NCBI RefSeq assembly: GCF_036321535.1
Contig: NC_087437.1
Coordinates: 84,818,001-84,882,000 of the forward strand
DNA: 64,000 nucleotides
From: Camelus dromedarius
Taxonomy: Eukaryota
Direction of reading: 5' to 3'
The translations under genes were made by a program, and so were the position numbers. Below, piece by piece: positions 13,601-27,292 of the stretch. Below the pieces are notes generated by a model. It was not told the DNA's origin and ran no database searches. It was given only the letters and a program-made list of their open reading frames with translations. How positions within the stretch are numbered: position 1 is the stretch's first letter; every line of letters starts with the position of its first letter.

Positions 13601-16600
13601 CAACCTATATATTTGCTGAATTAAACTGCAAATTAAGATTACAAAACGTATTTTTAAGTAGACAAAAATATTTTAAATCTACATAAATGCAAATTTTTAG
13701 CATATTTGTAAGAGTATATCCATAAAGTTGGGGAATAAAACAGGAAAAACATATTATTAGTTCAGAAACTGAAGACTCCAACCCTGGAGAGCTATCAGTG
13801 TAGATTCCATGGGGAGAGAAGTGCAGCAGGGCTGGGAATGGACCATCTCTGGGAGCAGCAGAATGGAGACGCTCGAGGTGGTCCTCTGGCAAGAAGGGAC
13901 ATTCCTAGATAACACAGGATAAAACAGAAATAATAAAACTTGAAAGCATATTAGTAGCAGATAGTGGGGAAAAAGGTTCATATTTTTGAAGAAATGTTAG
14001 AAAGTTATAATTTGAGTGGTACAAGAATAAGTGTTCATTTTTGAGCAAAGCAGGGGACTCATGGAAAAAGTTCATATTTTTTTTCTTTTGTACAGAAATC
14101 AAACAAAATAAACCCTAGAATGAACAAAATTAATGATTAAGATAAATAAAATTTTAACTATTTCTGCAAAACCCATGAAGCAAAACTCAGCAGATGTATT
14201 TAAGAAGTAACTTTGTTTTGATTTTTCTCTATAATACTAATTTCCTAAACAAAATAGGTTTATAAAATAACTTAGTTCAAAAAACAACCATACACATTCC
14301 AGTTTGTATCAAATGTGAAAAAAAAAATTCCTCAAAACATTAATGTAAATATCACAGACCTGGCCAATACAGTTTTCCTCCCAGATGTTACTAATGCATA
14401 TATGCATTAATGAGACTTTATGCCCTACATTCTTTTGTAGAGTGACTTCCCATTTCTTTCAGTATACCTAGAGACAGTGCATTTTGTGATAAAAGGCCAA
14501 CTCAGGGAAGCAGACGTGCCCTGAGACTGAGTAAAATGCATGCCTCTAATTACACTCTCCATATACTAATAACTACCTATTCTAATGTATCATCTGTAAA
14601 AAAAGTTCAATTGGTGAGCTACTGCCTTTATCAGACTATATTTGATACCATATTAAAAGTAAAGCTCTATTATTTTCATTATAATTGATAATCTGCTAGT
14701 CACAATATTATAAATGTTCCAACGTCAATAAATTAATGTATAAGCTGAGACCTTAGTCTCTTACTATGATATAATTATCCTTTCTTGATCATTACATAGT
14801 CTGACTAAGCAAATTCTTTGACAATTGAGCTATAACTTTATGCTGATAAACCAGTCTTGTGCACATCTCTGATTACTTTCTATGGATTTATTTCTAAATA
14901 TGCAATTTCCAAATCGAAGAGGAAAGATTTAAGTCTTCTCAAACCCAAAGTCTAGAAACAAATACTATATAGTATTGATAAAAACAGTAATTCTTTACTT
15001 GGTTCTTACATAAATGACAAAATCTAATGTTTTTTCAATAAATACTATGCTGGATATTGATTTAAAGTGGCTATGAAATAGCATGTTACTGACTAGACAT
15101 CATTAATACCGATCAAGTAATATAAAAAATAAATCTCAATGATGGTCTTAAATGTGCTAATAAAAATGAAAAACTTAAAAGACTTGGAATGAAAAACTCA
15201 AATGTTAATAGTTTGGGGTTGTTGGCTTATGAATTTTTTCCATATATTTAAACATTCTGATAGTTCCTACAGTTTCAACAACCAACTTGTATTAATATTG
15301 TTTTCTGAAATAAACATCTCAAATAACTATAATTCAATATTAGTGATATTATTAATCCTTAAATTTCTAAATTAAAGAATTTTTCAAATGAACCATTTTC
15401 ATACATTTCAGTGTGGCCTGATATAGTTAGCTTGACTTCAGGGAAACTAGTTAGATAATATGCATGATATTCAATACTAGAATGAAAACGGAATCTGAAA
15501 TTATTAAAAGTTGTGCCGTACACATTAAAGTATATTAAAAATTGAACCAAGAAACATTCTTTAGAGAGATACAGAGGGAAATATAGTATATTTGGAGATG
15601 TACTATCATGGTAGAATTTCAGTTTTAAAGATGGGATGAACCTTCAGACAGAACTTCACTAAGTTCTACCTGTTCTTCAAGATACTAGATTCTATGCAAT
15701 TGGGACTATTAGCCAAACAGTAATTTCTTTAATTATCTGGTATCATTTGGTCACAGAATTCCTGACAGGGATATCTTAGATGACATTTGAGTTTGCATTT
15801 GAGCAAAGAAATGATGAGTAAGAGTATTGGTACAAACAGAGTATGTGAATCTCACAAATTCATTCTGCTTCCCTTAACATAGACCTGTGTTAGGCATTGT
15901 GAAGTCCCCTTCTTTTGCTGAAGTGCACTAGTAGACATTTAATTTAATCAAATACTCAGTTATTTCATTCGGTCTGTACCAATTAACTCACTGTGATTTT
16001 GCTGGTTATTCCTAGAGAAGTCCATCCTATGGATATGTATGATTGAAAAAACAACTAGTTGCTTTGAAAACTTCATATTTTTTAATCTGTTGTTCATGCT
16101 AAGTTCACGGTATTTTTAACTGAACTTATTTTTTGCAACAATCATGTACTTTGGAGCTATGACTTCCTCCATGGCATCAAAAGCTTAAGTAACAAGTGAT
16201 AGTGCTTGAGTGGCAGAAGCAGAAAATGAACACAGAGCAGCTAAAGCATTAACATAAGCTTCAGGTAAAGATCTGTACGTGTTCAAGTTGAATTGCTTGC
16301 ACCATGACTTACAACAGAGGGATAAATCCCACCTGCATTTTCACAGAAAACAGCAATGGTAAAATATAACCTGATACTGAAAAGAGAGTTCTCAAGAAAA
16401 TCAAGCAAGCAGAAGAAATTGAGGGAGTTAACCAGAAAAGGAGATACTTCACTTACCATTTACAGAAGATTGTTATTTTTATTTGAGCAATTAATAAAAG
16501 GAAAGTAATGAAGAGAGATTTACCAAAATTAGGAAACATGAAGAACATTTCGGTCTGATTGCTTTCAATCAGGATGGGCATCTTATTACAGTGACCTTTA

Positions 16601-17305
16601 CAAAATCTTCCTTTCCTCTCATCTAAAGACATTTAGACAACTTTTTCTCTTCCCTGTCATTTACTGCAAGTCATACTGTTGCAGTCATATTTAATGAAGG
16701 GATGTTAGTATAATTCAGATATTCTTAGCTGGTAAATATATTAAGATTTATTCATTAAGTGATAAAATCTGAACATAAACTCTACTGTGTAATAACAGAT
16801 ATTACTTACATAAGAAAACTCTTAAGGTATTAAATTTTCAAGTTGAAATTTCCTCTGAAAATTTTCTGTATCAAAAATATAATTTCCATGAAGCAACAGA
16901 ATGTATTTCCATGGGTCATTTCTGCTTCTGCATATAAAAGGAAAATAAAATAGTTTCAATGTAGAAAAAGGTATAAAATAAAAATTATCTTTGGCATTTT
17001 AAAATACAATCTGTTAAAATAATGTCAGTACCAATAGATAAACAGCCATACTTTTATTTAAATTGCTAATATTCTTTGCAATGATTGGTTACTTATTTAT
17101 TTTCCCTTTCACACAGCTCACCCTATTGACAATGTAAACAGCTTCTCTGACTGTTCAGCAATCAAATTGTACCTTTCTAATGCCTTTATCTCATGGGCAT
17201 GACCAGCAATAATCTCGGCTATCATCATCTCCATAATGTTTATTTTTTTCTTAAAAGGATAACATACAAAGGTCATATACCTTTTAAATTTTTTTCTTTC
17301 ACTAT

Positions 17306-17622
17306 TGTCATAGACTGAATTGTGTCTCCTTCAGACTTGTATGTTAAAGCCTTAACCCCCAAAGTGACTGTATTTGGAGATATGGTCCTTAAGGAGATAA
17401 TTAAGGCTAATGAGGTCAAAAGGGTAGGGCCCTATTCTGGTGGACTGGTGTCTTTATAAGAAGAGGAAGAGATATCAGAGATCTCTTTCTCTCCTCACTC
17501 TAGAACAGAGGAAAGGTCATGTAAGGACAAAGTAAGAAGGATGACATTTGCAAGGCAGAGAGACCACACCAGCAACTAACTCTGCTGGCACCTTGATCTT
17601 GGGCTTTGAGGCTCTAGAACTG
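17306..17622 (+). mobile_element. MaLR LTR (MLT1A-like)
   Basis: tgtcatagactgaattgtgtc..., gtgactgtatttggagat, ctggtgtctttataagaagagga, ctgctggcaccttgatcttgg. Confidence 0.9.
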
Positions 17623-18469
17623 ATAGTTATGAATTCACTTGATGTTTTATCGTTATTCATATAATATGAGAGAAATAAAAATTTCATTAAAATTTATTAA
17701 ATGACCTATACCTTCTATATGTTAGGTCAATGCCTGTAGGTCAGTACTATACCTTAGTATGCACAAACTTAAATGATACTAAGTAATTATAAAAATTGCA
17801 TAATTATCAATATACCATAATATTTTTAGGACACTTAAATGTACTATATATACTTAGGCTCACCAAGATACTTGGTTCAGTACTTTTAGCATGGTCTAGA
17901 TCTTCCTTCCTTCTCTTTCTTTTAGAATTAATGTTTTCTTACACCTTTCTCATATATAAACTCACAGGCATTATTGAAAAAGCCCAGCTGTGTAAATCAG
18001 GAAAGTGACAGTGTGTTTTACATAGTAGTATTCTCCAATGTGATTATATCATGTATTTCACATAGTAGGTGCTCAGTAACTATTGATTAAATGCAAATAA
18101 TTCAGGATCTATAAATTATGTACAAGTCTATTTCATGCTTTTCACTTGAATGGAAAAGATTAGGATATATTTCAAACAAGGCAGGTCAATTCCTTTTGTT
18201 CATTTGTAATCTCGTTGAAGTTAATAGACCCCATAAGTCACTCTCTGGGAGTAAGTAACTCAGTTGAGAAGACATGTTAACTCTTTCAGTACACAATGGA
18301 ACCATCTGTGTTTCAGAAACTGAGTTACTACCCTAAGTTGCTTAGGTCCTGGTGATTGAAAGATTTATTAAGGATGTTTAAGATACCAAACTGACACTTA
18401 AATAAACAATATTTCATGTTAATATACAGTATAAGATAAGGTAAAAAAGCCAATATCATACCAGTAATA

Positions 18470-19045
18470 TGAAGCGGATGTGAGATCTACAGATGTATAC
18501 AGGAAGACCATCCCTAGTGTTGGAACTGGAGAGAAAGGATCAGAGACTGCTCAACAGAAGAGTCAGGTTTATTGTGAGAAACCTACAGAGCGGTTCTCCA
18601 GTTAGACTGGAGCCTGCTCTCTGTGTACAGGCTTGGTTATTTATGCCTGGGGGTAGGAGCTGATTGGTGGGTTCTTATGCAAATGAGGGATGCTGAAAGT
18701 GAAAGAGGCGTGTCTGAAAGACAGAGGGACGTGTCTGATGAATACTCTAGTCAGTATCTCCACTCAGATCCTGGGAGGGTTTTACAGGCAGAAGTTGGAA
18801 GTTGTGGCTTGTGATTGGCTAGGCTTGTCCTGAAACGGTGGCGGATCACCAGAATGGAGTTGGTCTTTTCTATCACCTAGTAGAAAAAATGGCAAGTGCA
18901 AAGCCTCAAAGCAAAGCAGACCTAGCATGTTTTCAAGTTGCAAGAAAGGTAAGTATATTTAGACAGGGGAACAAGAGAAAGTGTCATGTGTGCTTAAAGT
19001 CAGGGAAATATTAGTACACAAGGACCTTAGAGGTCATGTAAGAAC
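18470..19045 (-). mobile_element. L2 fragment split by the solo LTR
   Basis: ggaagaccatccctag | tagaaaaaatggcaagtgcaaagcc reads as continuous L2 sequence once the LTR is removed. Confidence 0.6.
18518..18875 (-). mobile_element. Solo ERV LTR, 358 bp, with 5-bp TSD
   Basis: TG...CA termini; perfect CCTAG at 18513-18517 and 18876-18880; minus-strand CCAAT boxes, TATA-like ataaataa (~18637-18644) and AATAAA (~18568-18573). Confidence 0.9.
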
Positions 19046-19069
19046 ACATGCGCACACACACACCCCTCA

Positions 19070-19155
19070 CACATGGCTCTTGTGATGTGACTATGGGGGC
19101 TATCAGGCTAAAATCTGTAGGACAAGACAATAGGCTGGAAACTCAAGTAGGAATT
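19070..19155 (-). mobile_element. MLT2-like (ERV-L) LTR fragment
   Basis: aaatctgtagga..aggctggaaactcaagtagga matches MLT2 phrasing and abuts ERV-L internal sequence. Confidence 0.65.
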
Positions 19156-19239
19156 GTATAAAATGGGCCAATGACTCCTGTATATTCACCCACAGGTCCT
19201 TACATTTTCACAGAAGGCTAGGAATGTTAGCCCTGAGAT

Positions 19240-19900
19240 TCCACCATTCCACCATTCCATTAAAACCTCCTGTTTCAGGATGATGAGCGACATGGTAAGA
19301 CCAGCGCATCTGACGAGCATGGGCCCATTGCCACATTTATTTTGCTGTGAAGTGAGCTCTTTGATCACATACACTTCTTCATGGAATTCTATGACCATGG
19401 ATTAGGCATTCTGTATCTAAATGTACTTTTGATGTGAGCGTTACATGTAGAGGTGGCAAATCTATATCCAGAGTACATGTCTATTTCAGTAAGAATACCT
19501 CTTCCACGATGGAAGAAATCCAATATAATCAACCTGCGAATCTGGTAGGCTGACTACTGTAGGGAATGGTATCATAACAGGGGATTCACTGTTGGTCTCT
19601 GCTACTAGCTGGTTGGGCACTCAGCAGTGGCCCTAGTCAAGTCAGCCTTGGTGAGTGGCAGTTCATATTGCTGAGCTCGTGCATAACCTCCCACCATGAC
19701 CATTTTGTTTATGTGCCCATTGGGCAATAGCAGGAGTGGCTGGAGAAAGAGGCTGACTGATTTCCATAGAATGGGTGACCCTATTAACTTGATTATTAAA
19801 ATTATCCACTGCTGAGGTCACAGTTTGGTGGGCATTGACATGAGACACAAATATCTTCATGTTTTTTTTGCCCATTCTGAGTATTTCCACACACCTGTAG
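19240..19900 (-). mobile_element. ERV-L pol relic (RNase H end and integrase), frameshifted
   Basis: Translation KIFVSHVNAH...NNQV...SQPLSPATPAIAQWAHKQNGHGG; downstream integrase phrases VDYIG, HFTAK, QWAHA, WSYHV.HHPE are readable across frames. Confidence 0.9.
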
Positions 19901-21363
19901 AATCCACTTGCTTTTATTATCTTCAAAAGCTTTTTGTCATGCATAAATATAATTAGGAATATAAATTAAGGAAAATGCCTGCAGCTATCCTAGGTTTTCT
20001 GAATTCAACTTTCTGCTTATTAGCATGTCTATCTATTCTTAAGTGATTACTAAATATTATTCCTTAAGATTTAGCTGAATTTAGGCATGCAAGTATTCAA
20101 GGATGTTTTATTTATGAAAGACTCCATGTAATTAGACTTACTCTGTCATAATCTATCTTCTTAATCAGCATGCTCTGTAGGCCCCTACAAAACTCTCTCT
20201 TTTTTTTTCAGTCTATAGAGTCCTTTTTTGAGGGAGGAAGGATAAAGGACAACACAAATACATAGTTAAGTGAATAATGTCAGTACTCTGTTACAGATTA
20301 AAGCATTGTTTAGATGTATCTATTAAATTGAGCTTTTTTTGTATTATTCAATTCTCAGTATTACTATACCTAATGTTGCAGATATTTACTGCAGCCTAAT
20401 ACATACAGCAAGCATATGATAAGTTAATAGACATAACTAATTAAAGTATGTATGTGAAGAAATAGGGGAATCAAAACTATCTATGTTTTGCTTGAGTGGC
20501 TGGTTGGTTGAGGTGTGGAAATCATTGTGACAAAGACTGAGGGAATAGCAAGGGAGGTGTGTGTGTGTATGTGTGTGTTTGTGTGTTTTGTAGGGGCAGT
20601 GCACAGAAATAAACCGTTCTGATTTTGGCATGTAAACTTTATTGTCAGGAATTCCAATTGTATATGCATTTGTCTACACAAAGGAAATAAAATCAAGGCT
20701 GAGGAAAGAAACCACTGGGGAAAAGCTTTGCATTATAGGACTGTATATAGCATTTTAAATCCATGAGACAAAATGCGAAAGCTTAAATATAATTTATCGA
20801 TAGAAAACATAAAGAGGTCTTAGACAACCTCATCCAGAGGTTCCAGAGGAAAGGTGGAGTCATGTGGAGGGCAATGAGAGTCCAGTCAAGTTGGAGGCTG
20901 GGATGTCTCAGTGGGCAGCAAAGAGTGTGTTTCAATAGGACAGAATGAGCACCCAGACCAAATATTTCAGAGACAGACAAGAACAGAAAAACACCCTTTA
21001 TATTTTGCAGTATCACAGTCATTTATGCCTTTGACAATGGGAGATTAATTTTAATGAGAAGAAAAAGACTTTCTTGAAATAGTTTAAGAAGAGAATATGA
21101 GGATAGGTAGTGTATAAAGATGACCACAGAGAATCTGTCTCAAAGATAAGGAATGAAATGAACTGGTAATCCAGGAGGATGTTAGGATAACAGTATTTTT
21201 TCCAGAAATTCTCAGAAATAAAGCCTGGGTTAACATTTAATTATCCACAGGATTCCTGATTTCTCTTACTATGGGAGCTGATGTTTTATAATTCCATACT
21301 GTTGTCATTGCTCCACATTTTTTTTAATTCAGTAATTTAGCTGTTTCAATAATAAGAGTTGTT

Positions 21364-21560
21364 CAGGTCTTCTAATCTGATCCATAGTTTGTTTCCCTGT
21401 GTAAAGTTTTAGTGGAACACAGCCCACTCACTCCTTTAAGTACTATGTACGCCTGCTTTCATCCTACAACAGCAGAGAAGTTGTGACAGACACCTTACAA
21501 CCCACAAAACCTACAGTATTTACTAGATAGTTCTTTATAGGAAACACTTACCAGCCCCTC
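21364..21560. mobile_element. MER58A-like hAT DNA transposon
   Basis: taaagttttagtggaacacagcc, ctgctttcatcctacaacagcagag, aaacctacagtatttacta, ctttataggaaacacttaccagcccct. Confidence 0.85.
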
Positions 21561-23139
21561 ATTAATGTATCCAACTTCGGTAAATTAAGTCTTCCTTTTT
21601 ATTTCATTCTTTTTTGTCACTGTATTATTAGCATCTCTTTTATAAATATAGCATATGAAAGGATTAGGGTCATTCTCTTGTCTAATCTGACAAAATCTAC
21701 TTTTCACTAGATAATTTATATCATTTATGTATTTTATCACTAAGCATATTAGAGAATACACTTCTGCCAATATTTTTTATACTCCTGCTTCATTTTCACT
21801 TCATTTATTGTCTTATTTTCATTGAATGTTTTGTTGTTCCATTGTTTTTTCCTTTCACTGATCTGAAAGCTAGGTAATTAATTTTCTTCCTATAGTGCAT
21901 ACCTTTGAGGTATTACCATGTAATTTTTAATTAACAAAGTTAAACGTTTATAAATATCTGTATTATCTATCCGCTTCAAAAACACAAGAGCTTTAGAATA
22001 CTTTAGTGTCTGTTTTAACCTCCTTTCACTTACATGCAATTATATTCCATTGCTCTAAGTATAGTATTGTAACCCAGAGCATTGTAGGATTATTGACAAA
22101 AAAGGTAACTCTTAAATACTGAATAATATTTCTTCATTGCAAATCCTAGCTCGAAAATTTCCACTGGAGACATAAAATTTTTGTAAACAATTATGTCAGG
22201 CAGATGTCCCAAGTGAAGATATATTTAATTTACTTGGTCTTTAAAAAGGTCCAAGTGTATCCAATGCAATGATCTTTCCAATATTTGACATATCCAGAAG
22301 GCACATCTTGGAAAATTCTGTTAGTTTCTAATGTATTGAACTAGATTGAACAAATGTGATGGTGATTTATATTCACATGCCATTGTATTGAATCTGATTA
22401 ATTTCAAGGACCCAAATGTAAGCTACTAGTTTTGTTGACAAAAGTAAAAATATATATAAAGTTAACATTATTTGCTAATTTTACTGAAGCCATGTTCCAA
22501 GATAGATTTAAATCTAAGTATAAAATTATTAAAAATAACTTTTCCACCTGCATTTCTGAGTATAATAATTTGTAACAGTTTCTGAAATTATATGGAATGA
22601 AATATTTGGTCATCAAATTAAGCATTTTACATTCTGCTGCTTGTCATCACCTAACTGATGATTATTGAATTTCTATGGCTATCTGCACTATAAGGCACGA
22701 GAAGTAATGTCTGAGTTAAGAAACACACACATACAAACACACACATACACACATAAAAATCTGTTACGTACTCTTGAGGAACAGGAACAAAAGAGATGCT
22801 TAAAGCAGCAAAACAAAAGACACTTGGCAGTTCCTTTTGACTTTATGAGTTTTTGTTATTTCAAGAAGTTTCCCTTGAGAGATAGAAATGTAAAATCAAA
22901 AATTCCATGAAAAGAAGATGAAAGGAAAATGATTAACTCCTGAACAAAAAAGTGGAAATAAATTTAAGCAGCCTGTCACTAGAATTTCTAGTATTGATGT
23001 AATTTGTGTAACATTCTAGAAATTTCTGTTTTCTGAAGTTTTTCTCCTGTATAGTACTTTTGAAATAATATTGCACTAAGAAAGTTTTTCAGAAAGTGTT
23101 TATTAGAGAAGATGAATGAAATAAATAAATGATAAAAAT

Positions 23140-23502
23140 AGAATTTCCAAATAGAATTAAAATATAACCATTGATGCTACTGATATTAAAAAGATTATGA
23201 GAAAATACAACATGTAATTATCAGGGCACATCTTTTAAAAGCTAGAGAAAGTAAATTATTTAAGAGTAAAATATAATCACTGAAATCAACCCCAAAAGAA
23301 GCAGAAACTTTAATATCCAAATAACACAAAGAGACTGGAAAGGCAATTAAAGACTAATTATTGAAATAAAGACACCAGAACCAACTGAAGAAGATTTTTC
23401 CCAAAATTATTTAAGCTATTTTAGAATATATAAAAATGAACACTTCCCCTAATTAATTGTATTTATTAGAATTAAGTTAATTCCACAACCATAAAAAGAT
23501 AG

Positions 23503-23574
<72 letters not shown>

Positions 23575-24750
23575 GTGAATTCACTCTTTGTTCCCCAAAA
23601 CTTATTTCAGCCACTTTCATATCATATATTCATATATTCTGTAATGGTCTTTTTTACTATTTTACACCAAAAATCAATGTACTATCCTAAATGTAATATA
23701 AGGAATAAAGGTAATTAATTAATAATAGTGTATTTTAATATATAAATGCTCAGCAAAATTTTAACTAGAAAACAAAGTTAGGTGTTTATGTTCAGATTTA
23801 AATGTCTAAACCTATATAACGAATCAACACAAACAGTTTCAAATGTAGAATCATTGAGTTGAGTTGAACTATTTACTCAAACATCACTATTAGTATTAGG
23901 GAAGGAACTTTAGGAAATAATTGGCAACCTTCAGTTTGAACTAAACAGATTTCACTCTCTTCTCAATTCTTCGAAAAATCAATTTGTTTAATAATGTTTC
24001 CCACTGAGGAAAATGAATATTGAAGGCTTTTAGCCACAATTAAATATGCATAAAACTTAGATTCATGTATTAGAACGTTACCCTATGACCAAACAGGCTT
24101 TAGTAACAGCAGTACAAAACCAGAAAAATGTTTTAATATTAAGAAACATAAAAGTGAAATTCATTATATTAACACATTAAATGAAAACTATGATTTAACA
24201 ATAAGTACTAAAATGAAATTTGAACAATTTCCACAGCCATTGTATAAAATTTTTAAACTAAACTAGAAATATTTATCAAATGATGTAGACTATTGGCAAT
24301 AGCAACATCAAACATGATTATAAACTGAAATTATGAAACTCTTTTCAAGCATATGGGGAATTTGTAGTGATGTGTACTTTTACCATGTTATTAATATTGG
24401 TATGGAAGTTCAATATTGAATTCTAAAGAATTTATATAGTATAATTACACAAGAACAAATAAAAATATTTCTACATGCTAGTGAAATTCAAAATTTACAA
24501 AGAATTTAAGAAACTTAAAAATTCTACTAGAAAAAATAAAGGAATTTGATAAAGTGGAGAAATGTAAGGCAAATACACACAAATTAATATTTTTGTACTG
24601 GCAATAAGGAACTTGAAATAGAAATTGAAATAAATTCCACTCTAAATAGTAATAAAAGATACATTTAACAATAAAGGTACAATATTATTAAAAAGTATAC
24701 ATGAATTTTGCTGAAACATAAATCTAGAGCAAAAAAAATGGGAAAAGCTA
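23140..24750 (+). mobile_element. Ancient L1M ORF2 relic, interrupted by a microsatellite and a possible DNA-transposon piece (~23580-24050)
   Basis: Decayed ORF2 phrases (aaaagattatgagaaaatac, aattcattatattaacacattaaatgaaaa, ggaatttgataaagtgg). Confidence 0.55.
23504..23570. repeat. Compound (CA)n(TA)n microsatellite
   Basis: Directly visible. Confidence 0.95.
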
Positions 24751-25269
24751 GTAATAATGGTGAAATTTTGATAATTTGAAGGTTAAATATTCCACACTTA
24801 CTCTGAAAATAACAAAATGAACACACAAGATACAAAGCTAAGTCTGTGTAGATAAATATGAAACATCAAGTAGCAGCAAATGCAAATATGTAACACAAAC
24901 ATGATTTGGGTTCAAATAACTTAATTAAATGACTACCTGCGAAACTCAAATAAGAGGAAAATAGTTTGGATATTCTCACGGTTCTTATGTTTTTTATTCC
25001 TAAGTTAGTTATTATGAACACACTTAGAACTTACATGTTCTTAGCCTGATAAATGTGTTCCACTTTGCAATTATGTTTCATTGCTTAAAATCTATTGGTA
25101 CCATCTGTTTCTCGTGACAGAAAAAAAAAAGGCTAAATGGTTTAGTATCTGCAATGTTATGGAAATGATGTCCATATTCAATTCTATAATGGACTGAATG
25201 ACTTACAAGTTTTCCATCCCTCTCAACATCATGCATTTTAAATTATATTTCTCTGTGTTGTTGAGTCTA

Positions 25270-25685
25270 TCAGAGTGGGATTGCTGGATCATGTGATAAC
25301 TCTATTTTTAGTTTTTTTGAAAATAGGAGGGTTTCATTTATTCCACATACTTCTCTAGCATTTATTATTTGTAGGCTTTTTGATGGCCATTCTTACTGAT
25401 GTGAGGTGATACTTAATTATAGTTTTTATTTGCCTTTCTGTAATAATTAGTGATGTTGAGCAACTTTTCATGTGCCTGTTGTCCATCTGGATGTCTTTGG
25501 AGAAATGCCTATATAGTTCTGCCCATTGGTTAATTGGGTTGTTTGTTTTTTTGATATTGAGTTGTATGAGCTGTTTGAAATATTTTGGAAATTAGTCTCT
25601 TGTTGGTCTCATCATTTGCAAATATTTCCTCCCATTCCATAGGTTGTCTTTTCACTTTGTTTATGGTTACCATTGCTGTGCAAAT
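25270..25685 (-). mobile_element. L1 ORF2 3' fragment
   Basis: gagtgggattgctggatcat, gatggccattcttactgatgtgaggtgata, tttgcaaatatttcctcccattccatagg. Confidence 0.9.
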
Positions 25686-25721
25686 GGCATTATCCCTTTC
25701 TTACGTACTTGTTCACTTTTC

Positions 25722-26570
25722 ATTTATTCATCCATAGACTCATTATTTAATTAATATCTACTATGTGATAAGTAGTCTTCTAAATACTAAGTTTCTAGCA
25801 TTCAAATCTCCTCCCCTCATTAAAGCTTAGTTTCCAGTATGGTGTACTTATACAAACTGGAAAAATAACTGAATTTTGGTATACAGAATAGTGAGATTAA
25901 ATGATATGAAAAAAACAAATACTTGGAATGAAGTTAGGAATGCCATTCAGAGGGATGGCATATTATAATTTAAAATAGGCAATCAGAGAAAGGCCTCACT
26001 GAATAATTAAGTTTTGAGCCACCTCTTGAGACATGTGAGGAGCAAATTATAGAGTGAGAAAACACAATTTTAAGTAGAAGAATTAGCCAGTAGAAGAATT
26101 AGGCCAAAGGTACTATTGAAGGCCTGTTGAAGAAGTTGCAAGGAGGACAGAGATTTCTGAGTAAAATGATTGAAAGGAAGGTAGTAAGAGATAAAATAAA
26201 AATAATAATAGAATGACATAATCTGAATTTCATTGTAAAAGATAACTCATGTCAGTGTACTATATTGTTAATAAACTAGAGGGAAATAAGAATGAAAGCC
26301 TGAAGACCAGTTAGACTCCTACTATAAAATCCAGGTGCATTTTTGACCAGGGTATTAGCATTGTACGTCATAAAAGTATTGGGAATCTGGATATATATCA
26401 AAGTCCAGACAACAGAGGATAGACATCGGAGGTAGTATGTGGGGAAAAAAAAAATCAATCATAACCCCAGGTTGTAAGCTTAAGCAACTAAAATAATGAA
26501 GATCCCCATAAATGAGTTTTAGTGGAAAGATCACAAATTCTGTGCAGGATGTATTAAGCTACATGTTAAT
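25722..26570 (-). mobile_element. L2 3' fragment
   Basis: catttattcatccat.. tail, ctactatgtg, tcagagaaaggcctcactga, tttgaccagggt, aatctggatatat. Confidence 0.7.
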
Positions 26571-26854
26571 CCAATAATAAAAATTAACTATTTGTTTTAC
26601 AAACATATTTAAGTACAAAAATAATAAATATTTACTCTGTATCCATCCAGTATCAATGTCAAATCTAAAGGATGATGTTCAGAGAAAAAGAGTATGGTAG
26701 CAGAACCATGATTTAATTAGTGGTGATAATGTACCTCTGTAAAATCTTTTTTTTTTTTTCTTGCCTATCAACAAGAATTCCCTATAATCAATTTCAAATC
26801 TCAGCTAGAGCCATGCTTGGCACTTCATTTCTCAATTGTAACTTTTTTCCTAAA

Positions 26855-27292
26855 ATATTTTTTGATGTATAATAATATACACAAAATTGCACAAATCATA
26901 ACCATGCAGCTCTATATATGTTCATAAAGTACATATACTTTGGTAGACACACCATACACAGAAATAGAACATAAGCAGCTGTGCTATTATCAGTCTGCCT
27001 CACCCACACCTTTATCCATTCAGGTGAGTATACTGGTATCCAGTTGTCTTCCTGTTAGTTTATATTCTCCTGATGGCTAATGATATCAAGGACCTTTTCT
27101 TACATTTAGTGCCCTCTTCCTCTAAGTACATCTAACCCTCTTGCCTATTTCTTATTAAATGATCTGACTTTGACTAACTGTGAAATATTTAGCATTTTTT
27201 AATATATTCTGGATAAGAAAGCTTTATCATTTATATATTGCAAATTCCTCCTCCTAATTTGTGGCTTGGTTTTTCATTTATTTAATGATGTC
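26855..27292 (-). mobile_element. Old L1M fragment, host of the downstream L1
   Basis: tacacaaaattgcacaaatcataa, ctcctgatggctaatgat, tatattctggataag, attgcaaat..gtggcttg. Confidence 0.6.
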
